Source: Camelus ferus (taxonomy: Eukaryota). Taken from it: 64,000 bases of DNA. How positions within the stretch are numbered: the first letter of the stretch is position 1; each line of letters starts with the position of its first letter. The notes under the pieces were generated by a model. It was not told the DNA's origin. It was given only the letters and a program-made list of their open reading frames with translations, and did no database searches. The position numbers and the translations under genes are program-made. This document shows, in pieces, positions 24,344 to 37,813 of the stretch. The stretch covers positions 25,048,001 to 25,112,000 of the forward strand of contig NC_045711.1 in NCBI RefSeq assembly GCF_009834535.1, written 5' to 3'.

Positions 24344-27300
24344 GTGCTACCAACCTAAGCCTGTCCCCAAGAATTCTTAGAAGAGATCATGTAAGTGCAC
24401 TTTCTTGTTGCTGTAGATAACTATTAAATAGTGAAATTTTATTGTCCTAAAAACTTAAATTAGGATTGAAATTCAAGCCAGAGAACTTTATTATCGAAGG
24501 GAGTCTTAAATTGAGTTATTTAATGGGAGGAATTTACTAACTAATGTCATGTCTGAGTTTTTGCCATGTTAGGGGAAGGTAAACTTTAAAATAAATTATT
24601 TCATACTAGGGAAATTTTCTGTAGAATTTTTAAAAACTATAGGGAAATGTGTGGAAAAGGCACTGTTTCATAATATAGTATGTTGTAGCTTGCTGATATT
24701 TGGGTCAGTGTGTAACTAATTAAGATGCTCCCTATTTTCTTTTTAAATGAACTTTTCTTGGTTGTTGCCCTCACCCTATTTCACAAATTGCCAACCAAAA
24801 AACCATACTCTATGGGAAAACTTATGGAGCACTTAAAAAAAAAAAACTTTGAAAATAAGTGAATTATTGAAAATGCTGAAAGTAATTTTAGCATTTTAAT
24901 TTTTTTGACTTGGGAAGGGAGGTTCAAATGATGGGAGTTATACTGCTGTTTTGGTTGAGTGTTAGAACAATTTGGCTGAACCCTTTCTGGCTGTGCTTGC
25001 TTACCTCACATGTTTACATCCTAAAAGTAGCAAATAGTATCTAAGTGAAACACTGTCTGTATAGGGAGATAATGTTTATTCTCAAGCATCCCTCATGTTC
25101 ATACAAGCTGCTAGAGGCCAAAACAAGACATTAGCAATGTTTTAGAAACAAGACTGTCAAGTTATTTGGCTCATTATTTTTCTTGTTTATATTTTCATGG
25201 AAGTTACTTTAATTGGATGATCAGATTATGTTCTATCTAAAGAGGATGAAGTTGAATGGAACAGGAAGGAGTAAACATACTTGGAGGGGAAATTGGAGTC
25301 TTGAGTCAAAGTCTAATTATTTGGGAGACTGACAGCAGGAGGTCAGTAAGATAGTGGAATCCCAGGATTTGAGGGAGGGCTGTTGGAAAGTTTTTCCAAG
25401 GTCTTTGTGGGGCTCTAGGGTATTGGAGAGGGCCAGCTGTGCCGCTGAGGGTTATTTTTGAGTTAGGATGATGCTACTTTTAAACATGACTAACAGTGAT
25501 TCTGGATCATGGTTTTGCGTTAGAATCCCCTGACGAGCTTTTAAAAAATACCAGCGCCTGGGCCCTACCCCCAGAAATGCATTTTCAAAGCAATATGGTA
25601 TTGAGAAGCAATTCTGCAAGACATTCTCACAACTCTTAAGAGTTAATCACTTTATGCTGAAGATTAAATGAGATGATGGGTGTTTTAGTTGCCTAGCACA
25701 GTGCCTCCCACATACTGAGCTTTTTAAATAAAAATTATTTTCAGTGTGAAGTACGGCCTCTGCCATAGGATGCTGAGGCTTCAACTGAATACTGTAATCT
25801 CTACCAGTTGGCCTGCACTTTCTATTCATTTAAAAAATGGAATACAGTCTTTGTCTCTTTAGGTTTTAAAATAAAGGCTTAATACTAAATTGTGCCCTAA
25901 TGAGTCTTTAAGGAAAAACAATCCTCAGCATTTTAATGATTATTTAATACTTTGAAGAACCAAAGGACCCATCCACAAGATCCTTCAGCATTTTGATTAG
26001 GTGATTTGAGGGTTAGTCCTTGGATGTAAGAAATAAATGTGTTTTATAATGAGACTTTAGTCTGTGTAGTGGTTAACTAATGAAAAGAGTTCCTCATAGT
26101 GGAACATAACTAGCAAGGAGTCTATAAACAGGTTAGGAATTTAATCTATTACTTGGAATGTAGAGTGTTATTTCCCTGTAAGCAGTGACATGTGACTGTA
26201 TGGGATCATTTTACAATTTCCTATACCCTTAGAGCCATTGTAAAACAGTTCAAAGTTCAAGAATTTTCATGTAATATTTTCTTTGCAGTTGATATTTTTA
26301 AGGCATATCATGTGACTAACTGCAATAGGTTATAGACTTCGGAATATTAAGAATTTTCCCACCCTTTGGGCATACCCTTTTAAGTTATTTTATGTTTATA
26401 ATTTTAGCAGTTTTTGCAAAAGAGGCTAAATTCATCTTAGGAGAACAGGACAGATGGGTTAGATTTTTTTGTTCTTTGGTGTTTTAGTTTTGTTTTGTTT
26501 TTTGCTTTATTCAATAGAGAAATAGTATCATGAACCTGGGGAAAGAAGACTAACCACGTAATCTCTCTCAGCATTAAGCCTGAGAGGAGGAGGAGGAAAT
26601 AATGGGAAGACAGGAATCATGCTTTCCCTCTCCAGTTCAGAGTGATGAGAAGGGCATGTCAGACCTTAGAGTTGTATGTACCATTTTGTTTACCTTAACT
26701 TTGAATAAAGAGAAGGCAGGAATATGACAAAGCCATTTGCCATATTTGAGACGTCTGGGTTGCTTCATTTGATTTGTTCAATGGCAAATGAGTTTTAAGA
26801 GAAAATAAACTCCTTGGGCTGTCTCTGGCTCTCTCAGTGGCATTGATCTTTTTTTTCCCCCCTGGTGAGGAAACAGCTAAGAAAAGAATGGACAGATGCA
26901 TACTAAATTTGGCTTTAGGAGTGATGGATACAGAATGTATGTGTGAGTGATGTACTTAAGGGGCACCCTGCAATACTGGGATTGAGAAGAGAGGCTTATT
27001 AGAAATACTTATTGTTGGGCCATTCGTTAATTGTTACTTAACCAAGTTCAAAAGCACATGGCCAGTATTTTTTTTCCCAGTAGTTTCTTTTGATAATAAG
27101 GAATAGAAAATATTAAGAGCATATATTAAACTATGGTTTGAACATAAGCAATAACTATTCATGTAGGTCAAAAATAGTCAAATATCTGCAGTTTCACATG
27201 GTCCAACCTAATATGTGTGTATTGGTTCACAGTGAAAGACACTATTCTAAGATTATTTCAAACCTGATCGTAGAATCTAGGTAGGATAAGTCCCAGTAAT

Positions 27301-28699
27301 GAGGCCATGTGGAATGCCGATTTCCTCTGGCATTTTGGAATAAATAGGGGCAAGTTGAAATTATGGGGGATTCAGAACACTGCATATTAGTGGGAAAGCT
27401 GGTAACACTTAAGGCAAAAACATGTTTGAGAACCAAGAGATGCTATGTTAGTGCATATTTGTGCATTTGGTTACAATTTAGGTATTACCTTAGGCACAAG
27501 TGGTGAAGAACAACTTGTAGATTGTTCTATTTTGAGTAAGTTGTGCATTACATTCTCGAATAAAACTGTCCACACACCCAGCAACAAACGTAAAAACCAA
27601 CAGGATTCCTGTCTATGTTAAAGGAAAATTTATTACGGCTTTAAACATTTTCTGACATCTCTTATATAGTAGATTTAAGATTTTTTGCCACCTGCTGCAG
27701 AATAATATATTGTGTTCTGAGGAAATTATGAAAATGTTGGGTTTACACCGCTTTTGGGAAAGCTGATTACTAGGCTTTCTGTATTGACTTAACAAATGGG
27801 AGAATAGTACTTTGAGTATGATAAGGAAGTGGCAGCATGGGACTAAGGGAAATTGAAGAGCACTTGCTGCTTAAAGAGTTCAAAATGTAGGCAACTGCTC
27901 ATTCGCCTCCCCGTAACTATATTTATGAGGCAGGTGAAAATGGGCCTGCATATATAGGGCAGTGGTTTTCAAATTGCATCTTACAGAACTCTGAGGTTGT
28001 GCAAAAAGAGGGGGACACAGTGGAGAGTGACAAAGGACAAGGGGAAGCAGAGAGGGCCAGGATTTGCGATACTCTGCCCAGGTTCAGTCACAGCTGCTCT
28101 GTTGTTAATCTATTCTATGTATTTGGATTCTGCTTCATGTAAGTTTGAAAAACACTGCTGTAGGTCATAAAATAGCTGTTAGACCATTCCTTGTCATAAG
28201 ATTTCATCTGTCTTCTATTCAGATTTATTGGTTAACCTGAGAATCTGAAACAAATTTTGTATTAATACCCTAGATGTTATTTTAAAACTCATAATGGTGG
28301 GCCTTCATGATTTTATAAGCAGATGTTCACATTGTCCCATCCTTTTACACCTTTTGACCCTGATCTGTGTTGACCTTTTTGGACAAAATGTAATTTTATT
28401 AATGTTCCAATTTCAACTGAGTTGGTCAAATGGAGCAAAGGTTGTAACAGAGCTACATATATCTGTTTTACCCCAACTCTCCATCTTGCAGCAGAAAGTG
28501 GAGTACAGTGATTATAGGCAAAACTAGGTAGGAGGACTAGTTATTCTGGAAATTTCAGGCAATTTTACTTTAAAATACAGTGAATGTTCCCAACAGGCCT
28601 GCCTGAGATGGCCTTAATCAGGTGTCTGTTTTATATAAATTTACTCTTCATAATTCAGACTAGATTAAAAGGGGTTCCTGATTGCTTACCTTTGAAGCC

Positions 28700-28880
28700 A
28701 AGGTTCTCAGCCCAAGATGTATGTTGAGCATTACCTGTTTAACTTATTACAGATATCCATGATTGACTGGACCCTACACCTGGAAATTCCAATTCAGTAG
28801 ATCTCTGGGGCCTTGCATTCATTTATATTCTTTAAAAGCTCATTGGTTATTCTGATGTGCAGCCAGGTTGAGGTACCTCT
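28700..28880. mobile_element. MER5A-like DNA transposon
   Basis: aaggttctcagc...aattcagtagatctctgggg...gattctgatgtgcagccaggttgag. Confidence 0.55.
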
Positions 28881-30349
28881 AATAGAAAGCTTTCATTTAC
28901 AGAGTACAGTATTCTTAACAGTTACCTTGTTCCAACCCTCACAGAATAGGTGCTGTTAACCCCATTTTACAGATGAAGAAATTGGGCTCAAGGGTATAAA
29001 TGACCTAGAAGTGTCTTAAATCGGAAGAGGGCAGAACCTCTTTTGGTTTCCACTCCAATGCTGTATTACTACACAAATCTGTTTACTCCTGGAATACAGG
29101 GAATGGAGGAAATAAGGCAAGTCAATACAAACTCAAAAGTTTAGGCCAAAATGGCCTCTAAGTCAAGTCCAAACCCCTCATTTAACTTACAGAAAACAAT
29201 TTCAGATTGTTAAAACGTTGTGATTACTTTCCAAGTAAGTCATAATAAAAATGGCGATTCCTTTGATGACTTGTTATGTCAAGACATGCGCTTTACATCC
29301 ATTACCTCATTCAGTCTTCACAACTCTATGGAGTCTAGACACTAGTCTGTCCTAATTTTACAGATTAGGAAACTAGTGCTCAGAAAAGGCAAGAGTCAAC
29401 CCTGAATTTCTCCTTTGAGATCCTGAGCTGGCAACCATCATACTCCACTACTTCCTAGTTAATAATTGTATGATGTTTGAGGAGGGGATGCATGCGCACA
29501 ATTTTTTTTTAAGTTTTTGGAAATTAAGGCTCAATATTTATGAAAGGGAAGATTTGAATCCAAATAAGTGGTGAGATTCATGCTTTTGTGGTAAGCACAT
29601 AAAGACATGGCTCATGGCTTCCAGAAGTGAGGAACTTGTCTCTGACGTTTGTGTAAAAGCCCAGGAGAGTGGTTAACCAACTCAAACTTCAGCTGGAAAG
29701 GAGGAGACCAGACAAAGAGGAATGTAGTTCACTTGTTACGGAAATACTGAGAGAGAGATCTGCCTTGAGGGAACAGCATGACTTGGGAAGGACTCCCTTC
29801 TTGTTTGCCCAAGACTTTCCTATTGCGATCTTGTAAACAGTCATTCCTGAGCCCTCCAAGTGTGTCTGCATTTGTTGCAGGGATAGATTTACCCAGACAG
29901 ATGGAAGAGTCATGACTTAAGGGTTATAAACAGCTGCAGAGGCCTGGGCTGCCCGGATAGTCTTGGTAGCAAGGGATGTGGCCATTCCCCCCAGCTGGGC
30001 ATTAACTAGCCTTAGAACAGGCCCTCAAATCGGAACGACTGCAATTTTCGTCTAGTGAGTGCACCACCCATTACAGCTAAATAGTAACAATTAAAATGTA
30101 AAGAATTTACAGTCGTTTTAGAAGGGATCATCTCGGCGTGCTTTCTGTTGCTGACTCATAGTGCTGCTGCTTTGGTATTGTCAGATTTCCAAACAGGACA
30201 CATAGTAGGTATTCAGTAAATGTCAATTTACAGCAGTAATTGTAATCCCTTAATGAGCATGCCTTTGCTATCCCACTACGAGTAAAGGCAAGTATGTGAA
30301 TGGTAAAGATAAATCCGGCCTCGGCTAACTCGCCCAGAGCTTTTCCCTC

Positions 30350-31560
30350 TATCGGGTAAGTTTTATAAGTGACAGCGAGCAAAACTTGTATCGGGCGCCG
30401 GGCAGGTTTGCCCTTTGTCCAATCATCTCTGAGACTTGGGGGTGGGGGACGGGGAACGTCCCTAGACCTTCCCAGACCAGGAAGGGGGCGGGTTTAGGCT
30501 GAGCAGGGGACGCCTCAGCCCGTCCTGACGCTGCATGATGCTTGGCACTCCAGGGAGCCAATTGGAGCGAAGAGAACCCTTTGAATCAGCCAATGCTGGC
30601 GGGGCGGGGGCGGGGTTTGTGAGCTCTATAAAGACGGGGGCCGGGAAGGTAGCAGGCAGCAGAAGCTCCTGCAGCAGTGGCCGGCGTTGGGGTGGGAAGC
30701 TGCTCTCCACCCCTCCGACCAGACCCTTTCAGCGCTCTGCTCCCGCGCCAGCCTACCTCCCTCCTCGGCGCCATGACCACCACCACCACCTTCAAGGGCG
30801 TCGACCCTAACAGCAGGAATAGCTCCCGGTGAGGCGGCGGGGCTCAGGGGAGAGAGGGCCACTGCTCAAGGGGGCCGGGTGGGTCAGGCGGCCGGTCGTT
30901 GGCCGTAACGTGCCCGGGGCGCTGCGCTCGCGCCCGGCTGGGCGGCGGGTCTCAGCCACCGGCACCGCCTTTGTGCCGCGGGCAAGCTTGGCGGTCCGGC
31001 CCCGCCCAATTGCTGCTCCTCTCCCATTCATTCCTACCCCGGAGCGAGGGGCAGGAGAGGGCCGGGGCCACTAGAGGTTGCAGCGCGGCGGATTTTCGTT
31101 AGTCGTTGCGTGCCGAGAAGGATTCACTTTCTCCCCTTGGCGGCATTGCGGGCCGGGCGGCAGGGCAGTGGGCTTGGGCCTCAGGTGCCCGGGCAGCCCT
31201 CGGGGCTCCTCGATCAGGCCCCATTGTCCCACCCCCGGCCACGCGCTCATGCCTCTGGCCCGAGGCAGGTGGCGGCCCCGCGCCCGGCGTGGCAGTCAGA
31301 TCCTGCAGCCGCAGCAATCAGGTCCGGCTTGCTGCTCTAACCCGCTTGGGCCCTCCCAGCAGGTGGTATTAGTACTCGGGCGGGGCTGGTCATCGCGACC
31401 CCCACCCCCCGTTCAGGACCCAGTCGTCAGCCCTCTGCGAAGTGCCTCCCCTCTGCTAACAAAGGAAAGACCCCTGCTCCTTCCCCTCCCGCGCCCACCT
31501 CCGGACGGGAGGGGGAGCGAGTCGGTCCAACTGGGTTTTTCTGCGCTCAAACCTTAGGAC
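30350..31560 (+). promoter_or_regulatory. JPT1 CpG-island promoter
   Basis: CCAAT at 30419, 30558 and 30590. TTTGAA at 30580-30585, tandem GC boxes at 30601-30615, TATAAAG at 30627-30633. Confidence 0.85.
30773..30828 (+). CDS. JPT1: JPT1 (HN1) exon 1
   Basis: gcgccATG, MTTTTTFKGVDPNSRNSSR, donor gtgagg. Confidence 0.96.
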
Positions 31561-33617
31561 CTCGGTCTTTGAATCCCACCTTTTCGCTCCCGGCTTTGAC
31601 GTTTGCCAAATGAGTTCAGCCCTAGCCCCGGTTCCCTTGCGGGAGGAGGTTTCCTTTTCTTGGGCGGGGCCGGAGACATCCATTGTCTCTTCCGTACTAT
31701 CTCCACCTGCGTAGCCGGGGCCTTTCTGACCACTCATGCCACTGCGTTTGGGGAAGGGGGCACTGGGCACAGTGTTTGGACTGGGACCCTTTTCCAAGCA
31801 CTTGCCTAACTTGGTAGAAGGGCTTGGATTCCTTGGAAGACGTCCACATTGTCTCGGCTGATAGCATGCACGCTGTTCCTTAAGGTGGGATAAGGCGTCT
31901 CTGGGATCCTGCTCAAGGCGTTGAGGAAGCTTAGATTTTTCTGGGTATCTCTTCTTCATTGATCACGACCAGCAGTCATGTGTGGCCAGCCTTGAGGTCT
32001 TGGGCAAGTGGCACAAAGGGAGCCATTTTGTGGGGCTAGGAAGACAGCCGTGAAATAGCAGTGTCTCACAGGGGTTGGAGACCTTGGGGACAAAAAGCAG
32101 GCCTTAGCAGAGTCTTAAAAGGGGGTGTTGGAAATGACATTCCTTTTCAACCCATTCCTTTCCCTTTCACAATGTAGAAAAGAATAGGAAAGATTAAAAA
32201 AACTAAATTAGTGGGTTACTGGGAGGAAGGGGAACTTAAGTAGGGTAGACCTACAGAAATACTGGTCACTCCCTCTTCTGTTGTCATCCTTGCAATGAGA
32301 TCATTTTTTCTTCAGAGGACACTGGAACAAATTGAACCTTGGTTTTTCATTTTGTGCCATGAGGTCAACTTTATGCTGGTCAGACTGCAATGATTGAAAT
32401 ATGAAATTCTACACATTATAGTAAAAAATCTGAGGTTTTATCCTTTGGGGTTGAGTGCAGTTTAGTGCTTCATAAAGAATTTAACCATGTCAAATGAATC
32501 CTCACTAGGTTTTCTGATATGTATCTTTGAAATGTGAGCCATGAATGGTTTTTGGTTCTGCAAAATAAATGTTTTCATTCACCTTTTGTCATCAATTTCC
32601 TTCCAATATTGTGATCTCAAGACTGTAGCATTGTCTTTTTATTTACTTCCTACCTTTCCTTCTTGTATAGTCTCACTTAATTCTCCTAAACTTCTCCAGT
32701 AACATTTTCCTGTCTCCATAAACACATTGTAAATTTACTGTGGTAGGGAATGATCTGCAGAGGTTATACGGGAACTGTGGGATTTAAAGAGAGAAGAAAG
32801 AAAAAGAGTGATTTTCTGAAAATTGCTATCCGCAGTGCATGGACGCATTTTCGTTGAGTCTCAAGATACGTAATCCTGATTACGTTGTTGAATGTATCAT
32901 TCAGAAAGAATAGCAGGATCTTAAAAAATAAAATTGAAATAATTTCTGCCTTATGAGCCAGATCCTTTGTTTGGGGATGTCTCGCCGTTACACGATGGGC
33001 TCTACAACACTGACGTCATCGGAGTAGGTAGTACCTGCTATGGCAAGAGGAACACAGACCTTTAAAAAGTTGGGCCGGTCAGAGCTTTCGCTTTCTTTTT
33101 AACCTGGCAGTTGGGTGCTAGTGTCTTTTCTTTTTTTAAGGCCAAAAAATATTTCCTGGCTCTTTAGGTTTTTGAAGGTTTTCAGCTGGCTAAAATAATT
33201 CATGAGAGTTTTAATTATGATAGTAAGGAAAAAAATTGATCTAATCTCTAGGGAGTGAAGGGGCTGACAGGGAAGCAAGTTAATGCTGATTGTTAACATT
33301 TCAAGTGTCTGGTGATTTGAGATACAAACAATAAAAACCTATTCGTTTCAAACTCTTAATATGAGAGAAAGCCTGTTCAAGAATGTATAACATAGCTTTA
33401 TGATTTAAACAATTTAATTAGCAAACCCTAAAATTATCCTTATGAAAGATATGCCTGAACACATTTATCTTGATTCACATGATGAATTTAGTCTAAGTGG
33501 ATAGTTCATATCTGAGACTTGACAAAAAAAAAAAAAGTGGGGTTTTAAATGTTTTACATGTTACAAAAAGCACAATGGGTCTATGGGTCTTCCCCCCTAT
33601 AATAGGGAAAATAATGA

Positions 33618-33732
33618 CTTTTTTAGGGTTTGTTTTTTTTTTAATGGAGGTACTGGGAATTGAACCCAGGACCTCGTGCATGCTAAGCAGGCGCCCTACC
33701 ACTGCGCTATAATACCCACCCCACCCCACCCC
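33618..33732 (-). mobile_element. Vic-1-like SINE
   Basis: Reverse tRNA-Ala head (ggaggtactgggaattgaacccaggacctcgtgcatgctaag) and T tail. Confidence 0.85.
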
Positions 33733-34099
33733 GGTATTTTTATTTAATGTAAATTGAGTATTGAATTTTAATATGAACAGATAATGAATATTAGATTTAG
33801 AGGGGGGGGGGACACTAGAGGACTTACAGAAGAAATATATTCAGTCTAGAAAAACTAGAAAACAAAAAAAGGTAATCAAAGCACCAACTACATAGCATAG
33901 ATTTGTAGTTTAAAGAGAAAAATGGGATTGAGTGTTTCCTCTATTGAAGCACTTTGAGCACTTATGTGCCTGCCAGGGACTGAGGATTAGGGTTTTGGCC
34001 CCATTTCTGTTACTCAGCTAATGTTGGGCAATTTATTTAGAGCTTCTCAGGGCCTGACTTTGTTCTCTTAAAAATGAGGCTGTTTTGTTGAACTAGATA

Positions 34100-34400
34100 G
34101 TGCAGAGCCCAGCGTACTACCACCTCTAGGGTCAAGCTCAGCTGGCATCTGATTTTCACATTTATAAATGGTTAACAAAAGCAAGAAGAATCCTTCATGA
34201 CTTGCGAAAATGACATGTACAATCAAAGTTCAGTGTCCATAAATATAAAGTTTTATTGGAACGTAGCCACACATCGTTTTCATGTTGTCCATGGCTGCCT
34301 TTGTGCTATGGGATGGAGCTGAATTGTTGCAAAAGACCAAATGACCCACAAGCCAAAAATATTTACTATTTGACCCTTTACAGAAAGAGTTGGTGACTAA
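34100..34400. mobile_element. MER58-like hAT DNA transposon
   Basis: taaagttttattggaacgtagccac...aaaatatttactatttgaccctttacagaa. Confidence 0.65.
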
Positions 34401-34869
34401 AAGGAAAGGATTTCTAACATCTTCTACTTGTCATTCTTCAGGATCTTGGAGCGCTCTACCACTTGGCTTCGTGGAGGAGGCTTAAGAAATGGGCTGGATT
34501 TGAAATGGTCACTGAGGAAGGGGTGGAGAGTGCTCTGGGCAGGAAGAAATCTGGGAGGTGGAGATAAGCCAGAACAGTTCATGGAGTAGTGAAGAAAGTG
34601 GCCTGACGAGATTGGTGAAGATGGGTTAGAACTGAAATGTGGTTGAGAGGCAGCTTTAGTCTGATTTCCTTCCGTTCTGCCTCGGCTTAACCAAGCCTTG
34701 TGCCTGCAAGTATGTGTGTCTGATGGTCTTCCTAGGATAACTTCTGAAAGTAGAAATGCTGGTTCATGTAAGATGCAAACTTAAACATTTGATATGTTTT
34801 ATCAAAATGTCCTTTAGAACGTTTGTGCAAATTTATATTCTCACACTTTAATTCATGCTGGGAATGGGC

Positions 34870-34978
34870 TTTCTTTTCTTTTCTTTTTCTTTTTTTAATG
34901 AAGGTACTTGGAATTGCACCCAGGACCTTGTGCACGCTAGGCATGCACTCTGCCACTGAGCTGTACCCTTCCCCTCCC
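34870..34978 (-). mobile_element. Vic-1-like SINE
   Basis: Reverse tRNA-Ala head and (TTTC)n tail. Confidence 0.82.
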
Positions 34979-35099
34979 CACCATTTTTCATCTTTAACAG
35001 TCTAGTAAGCAAAAAAAAAAATCCTTTTGTTTTAAATGTCACTTATTTGCTAGTGAATTTGAATTTTTAACCTTTAGAGACTATCCATATTTTTTAATT

Positions 35100-36250
35100 G
35101 TCTGTGAATACCTTTTGTCCATTTTCTCTTGTGATTCTTCTAATTATTTTAAAAAGCATTTATATTATCTTTTATCAAGTATGTGTATTTTTGCCAAGTT
35201 TAATCTGTCCATTTTTCATGGTTTCTGGCTTTCATCTTGTGCTTAGAAGGAAAGCCCATTTCTTCAAGACTCGTACGTGTTTTCTTCTGGTATCTCTGTT
35301 TTTAGTCTTTAAATTGAAATGTTTGACCTAGCTGGAATTTATTTTGGTAAATGAAATGAGTTAGGGATATATATTTTGTTTGTTTAATCAAAATGGCTAG
35401 CCAGTTACCCCAGTTCAGTTCTCCATACTGAACTACATAAAATACTCAGTAGTTGTCTTTTCGAGAGAGAACTCTATCTTGACAGATTTCTGAGGAGAAA
35501 ATGACAAAATCCCCATTGCAGTAGTTGGTAAGATTCTCAGTAAGTGATAAAACATATTTAAAAATGAGTAGATTTGAACAACTCGACCAACAGGCTTTAT
35601 CTAGTAGACACTGGCAAATATACATTCTTTTCAAGCACATACAGAAGATTTACAAAATTGACTGCATATTAAGCCATAAAACACATCAAATTTCAAAGGA
35701 ACAAGTATACAGACTTTGTCAGCTTTACAATTAAAAGCTGGAAATCAGTGAACTAGAAAGATCTTAAGTTTGGAAACTCACAAATGCACTTTTATTTTAC
35801 TTTAGAGGAGTTTTTTAAATTTTGGGGGGGTAGGTAATTAGGTTTATTTATGATTTATTTTAATGGAGGTGCTGGGGATTGAACCTATGACCTTTGCATG
35901 CTAAGCATGCACTCCACCACTGAGCTATACCCTCCCCGACAAATGCACTTTTAAATAATTTATGGGTCAAAAAAATATTGGAAATCAGAAAATGTTTAGA
36001 ATGGAACAATAGCAAAGGAAAAAAAAATCAGGGATGCCTCTAGAGCAGTACTTAGAAAAGTTGATACCTAAAGTATTTAATTTTCCCTTTCTTTTCTAAT
36101 ATAAGGAGCTGAGTTTACAAATGATGGCCATATTTATTTGGAAACTTAGATAAAAACGAACACATTCCCAGAAAAATGTTTCTTACTCAAAATGATTTAA
36201 GAAATAGAAAAACAGACCGCTTCCATTACCAGTAAAGGAACTGAATCTGT
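35100..36250. mobile_element. Old L1 fragments in opposite orientations (minus about 35100-35420, plus about 35500-36250, ORF2 endonuclease-like)
   Basis: Degenerate L1 text such as caaatatacattcttttcaagcacatac...aaaattgactgcatattaagccataaaac. Confidence 0.55.
35795..35938 (-). mobile_element. Vic-1-like SINE
   Basis: Full head and tail, with a 15-bp TSD ACAAATGCACTTTTA at 35780-35794 and 35939-35953. Confidence 0.92.
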
Positions 36251-36703
36251 AGTGAGAAAATCTTTCCGTGAAGCCATCTCCATTTTCTGTGTTTTGAGCG
36301 GTGGCATGACAAATTAAATTTTTTCCAAGGAGGGGGCAAATTGGTCAGCCTGTGGCAAGAAGCTGTGGAAATGTGAGAGTGCTGTGTTTCCCTGTCAAAC
36401 AAAAAAGCTATGGATGGTGTGTAAATATCATGGGTGGTATGGGGCCTGCCCTGGAGGCCTGGACAGTTTCACGTTAACTTTCTCCTTGTGGCTGGTCGCT
36501 CAGGTGATTAGTGAGAAGAGTGAGGTGCAAGTGTGCACACAGGGCTTGCTGGCAATGTCGAGACAAGGAGGGATGATCATCACCTCTCCTTGGGCTTCTA
36601 AATTGGTCAAATTAACTTTTATATGTATGGTCTTCCTTTTTTAAATTTTTTACTTTTTACTTTTTTTTTTTTTTTTTTTTTTTACAACCAGGGATATATT
36701 CCC

Positions 36704-36835
36704 TTTTTTGGTGGGGAGTAATTAGGTTATTTGTTTATTTATTTATATTTTTTTCAAACGGAGGTGCAGGGGATTGAACCGAGGAACTCCTGCATGCTAA
36801 GCATGTGCTCTACCACTGAGCTATACCCTTCCCCC
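36704..36835 (-). mobile_element. Vic-1-like SINE
   Basis: Reverse tRNA-Ala head and the taattagg tail motif. Confidence 0.88.
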
Positions 36836-37233
36836 ATTCTTCTATTTTAAAGAATTTTGTTGAAAATAAAGATAGAACTGCTTTTTAAATAAATGACAAG
36901 GTGTGCTTCTAAACTTCTTTGTAAATGTGTCCAGTGGACAAGATCCATTAGGTTTTCGCAATTTCCTAAAAGGGGACGCCAGCCAGGCTGTTTCAGCTGC
37001 CTTGTGTGGTGCCCAGCCTCACTACAGGTGTAAGCAGCGTCTCATATCTTAACATCCAGTGTTGAATTTATACCGTGATAGAGGCAATTCCTTTTCCCCA
37101 GTAGCAGCTCTGTTTTGTCAGGGGGAAAGCAGAATGAGTGGGTGAGGGAAATGAAGTGAAAGGTGTCTGAAAACATTTATGCTGAGAAATGTTCTGGTGT
37201 GATCTGAAATTGATGTTTTGCCATCATTCTTAG

Positions 37234-37376
37234 GGTCTTGCGGCCTCCAGGTGGTGGATCCAATTTTTCGTTAGGTTTTGATGAGCCAACAGAACAACCT
37301 GTGAGGAGGAACAAAATGGCCTCCAGCATCTTTGGGACACCTGAGGAAAATCCCCCGTCGTGGGCCAAGTCGGCAG
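37234..37376 (+). CDS. JPT1: JPT1 exon 2
   Basis: Acceptor cttag, [47 protein letters not shown], donor gtacca (143 nt). Confidence 0.96.
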
Positions 37377-37715
37377 GTACCATTTTTATTTGTGGTCACT
37401 GGTCAAGGGACAGGCCCAGCAGAACCACCTGAGCTGGCTTTGTGCGGAGGAGCAAAATCTAGCTTAAGCATGAGATAAACAACTGCTGGAACTTGTCGCT
37501 GGCGGAGAGACTGGGAGTAAGAAGTGGGAAATACTGAGAGTCTGTGTGATGGCAGAGTAAGGACTGCCGTCAGATCGGGTTATTTCGTCCATGTGCTACG
37601 TAACTTACCTCCCTAACACAGTCTGCTCGTTTTGTAACATGAAACTAACACATTAAATAGTATTTTGCTTCAGTTCTTTCCATTGTGTTCCTTAAGAAGG
37701 TGCATTTTGACTCAG

Positions 37716-37813
37716 GTACAAAGTCCAGTGGTGGCAGGGAAGATTCTGAGTCATCTGGACCCCAGAGAAGGAACTCTTCTGAAGCAAACTCTGGAGACTT
37801 CTTAGATCTGAAG
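37716..37813 (+). CDS. JPT1: JPT1 exon 3
   Basis: Acceptor ctcag, [33 protein letters not shown], donor gtcagt (98 nt). Confidence 0.95.

Noticed and set aside
23411-30300. Search for a hidden gene or ncRNA between SUMO2 and JPT1
   Set aside because: I found only short AT-rich ORFs, MIR and MER fragments and scattered AATAAA hexamers, with no exon chain or recognisable RNA family.
37691-37715. Alternative upstream acceptors (aag/aag) before JPT1 exon 3
   Set aside because: Use of the AG at 37698-37699 gives an immediate TGA. Only the acceptor at 37715 restores the conserved protein, and nothing else supports the alternatives.
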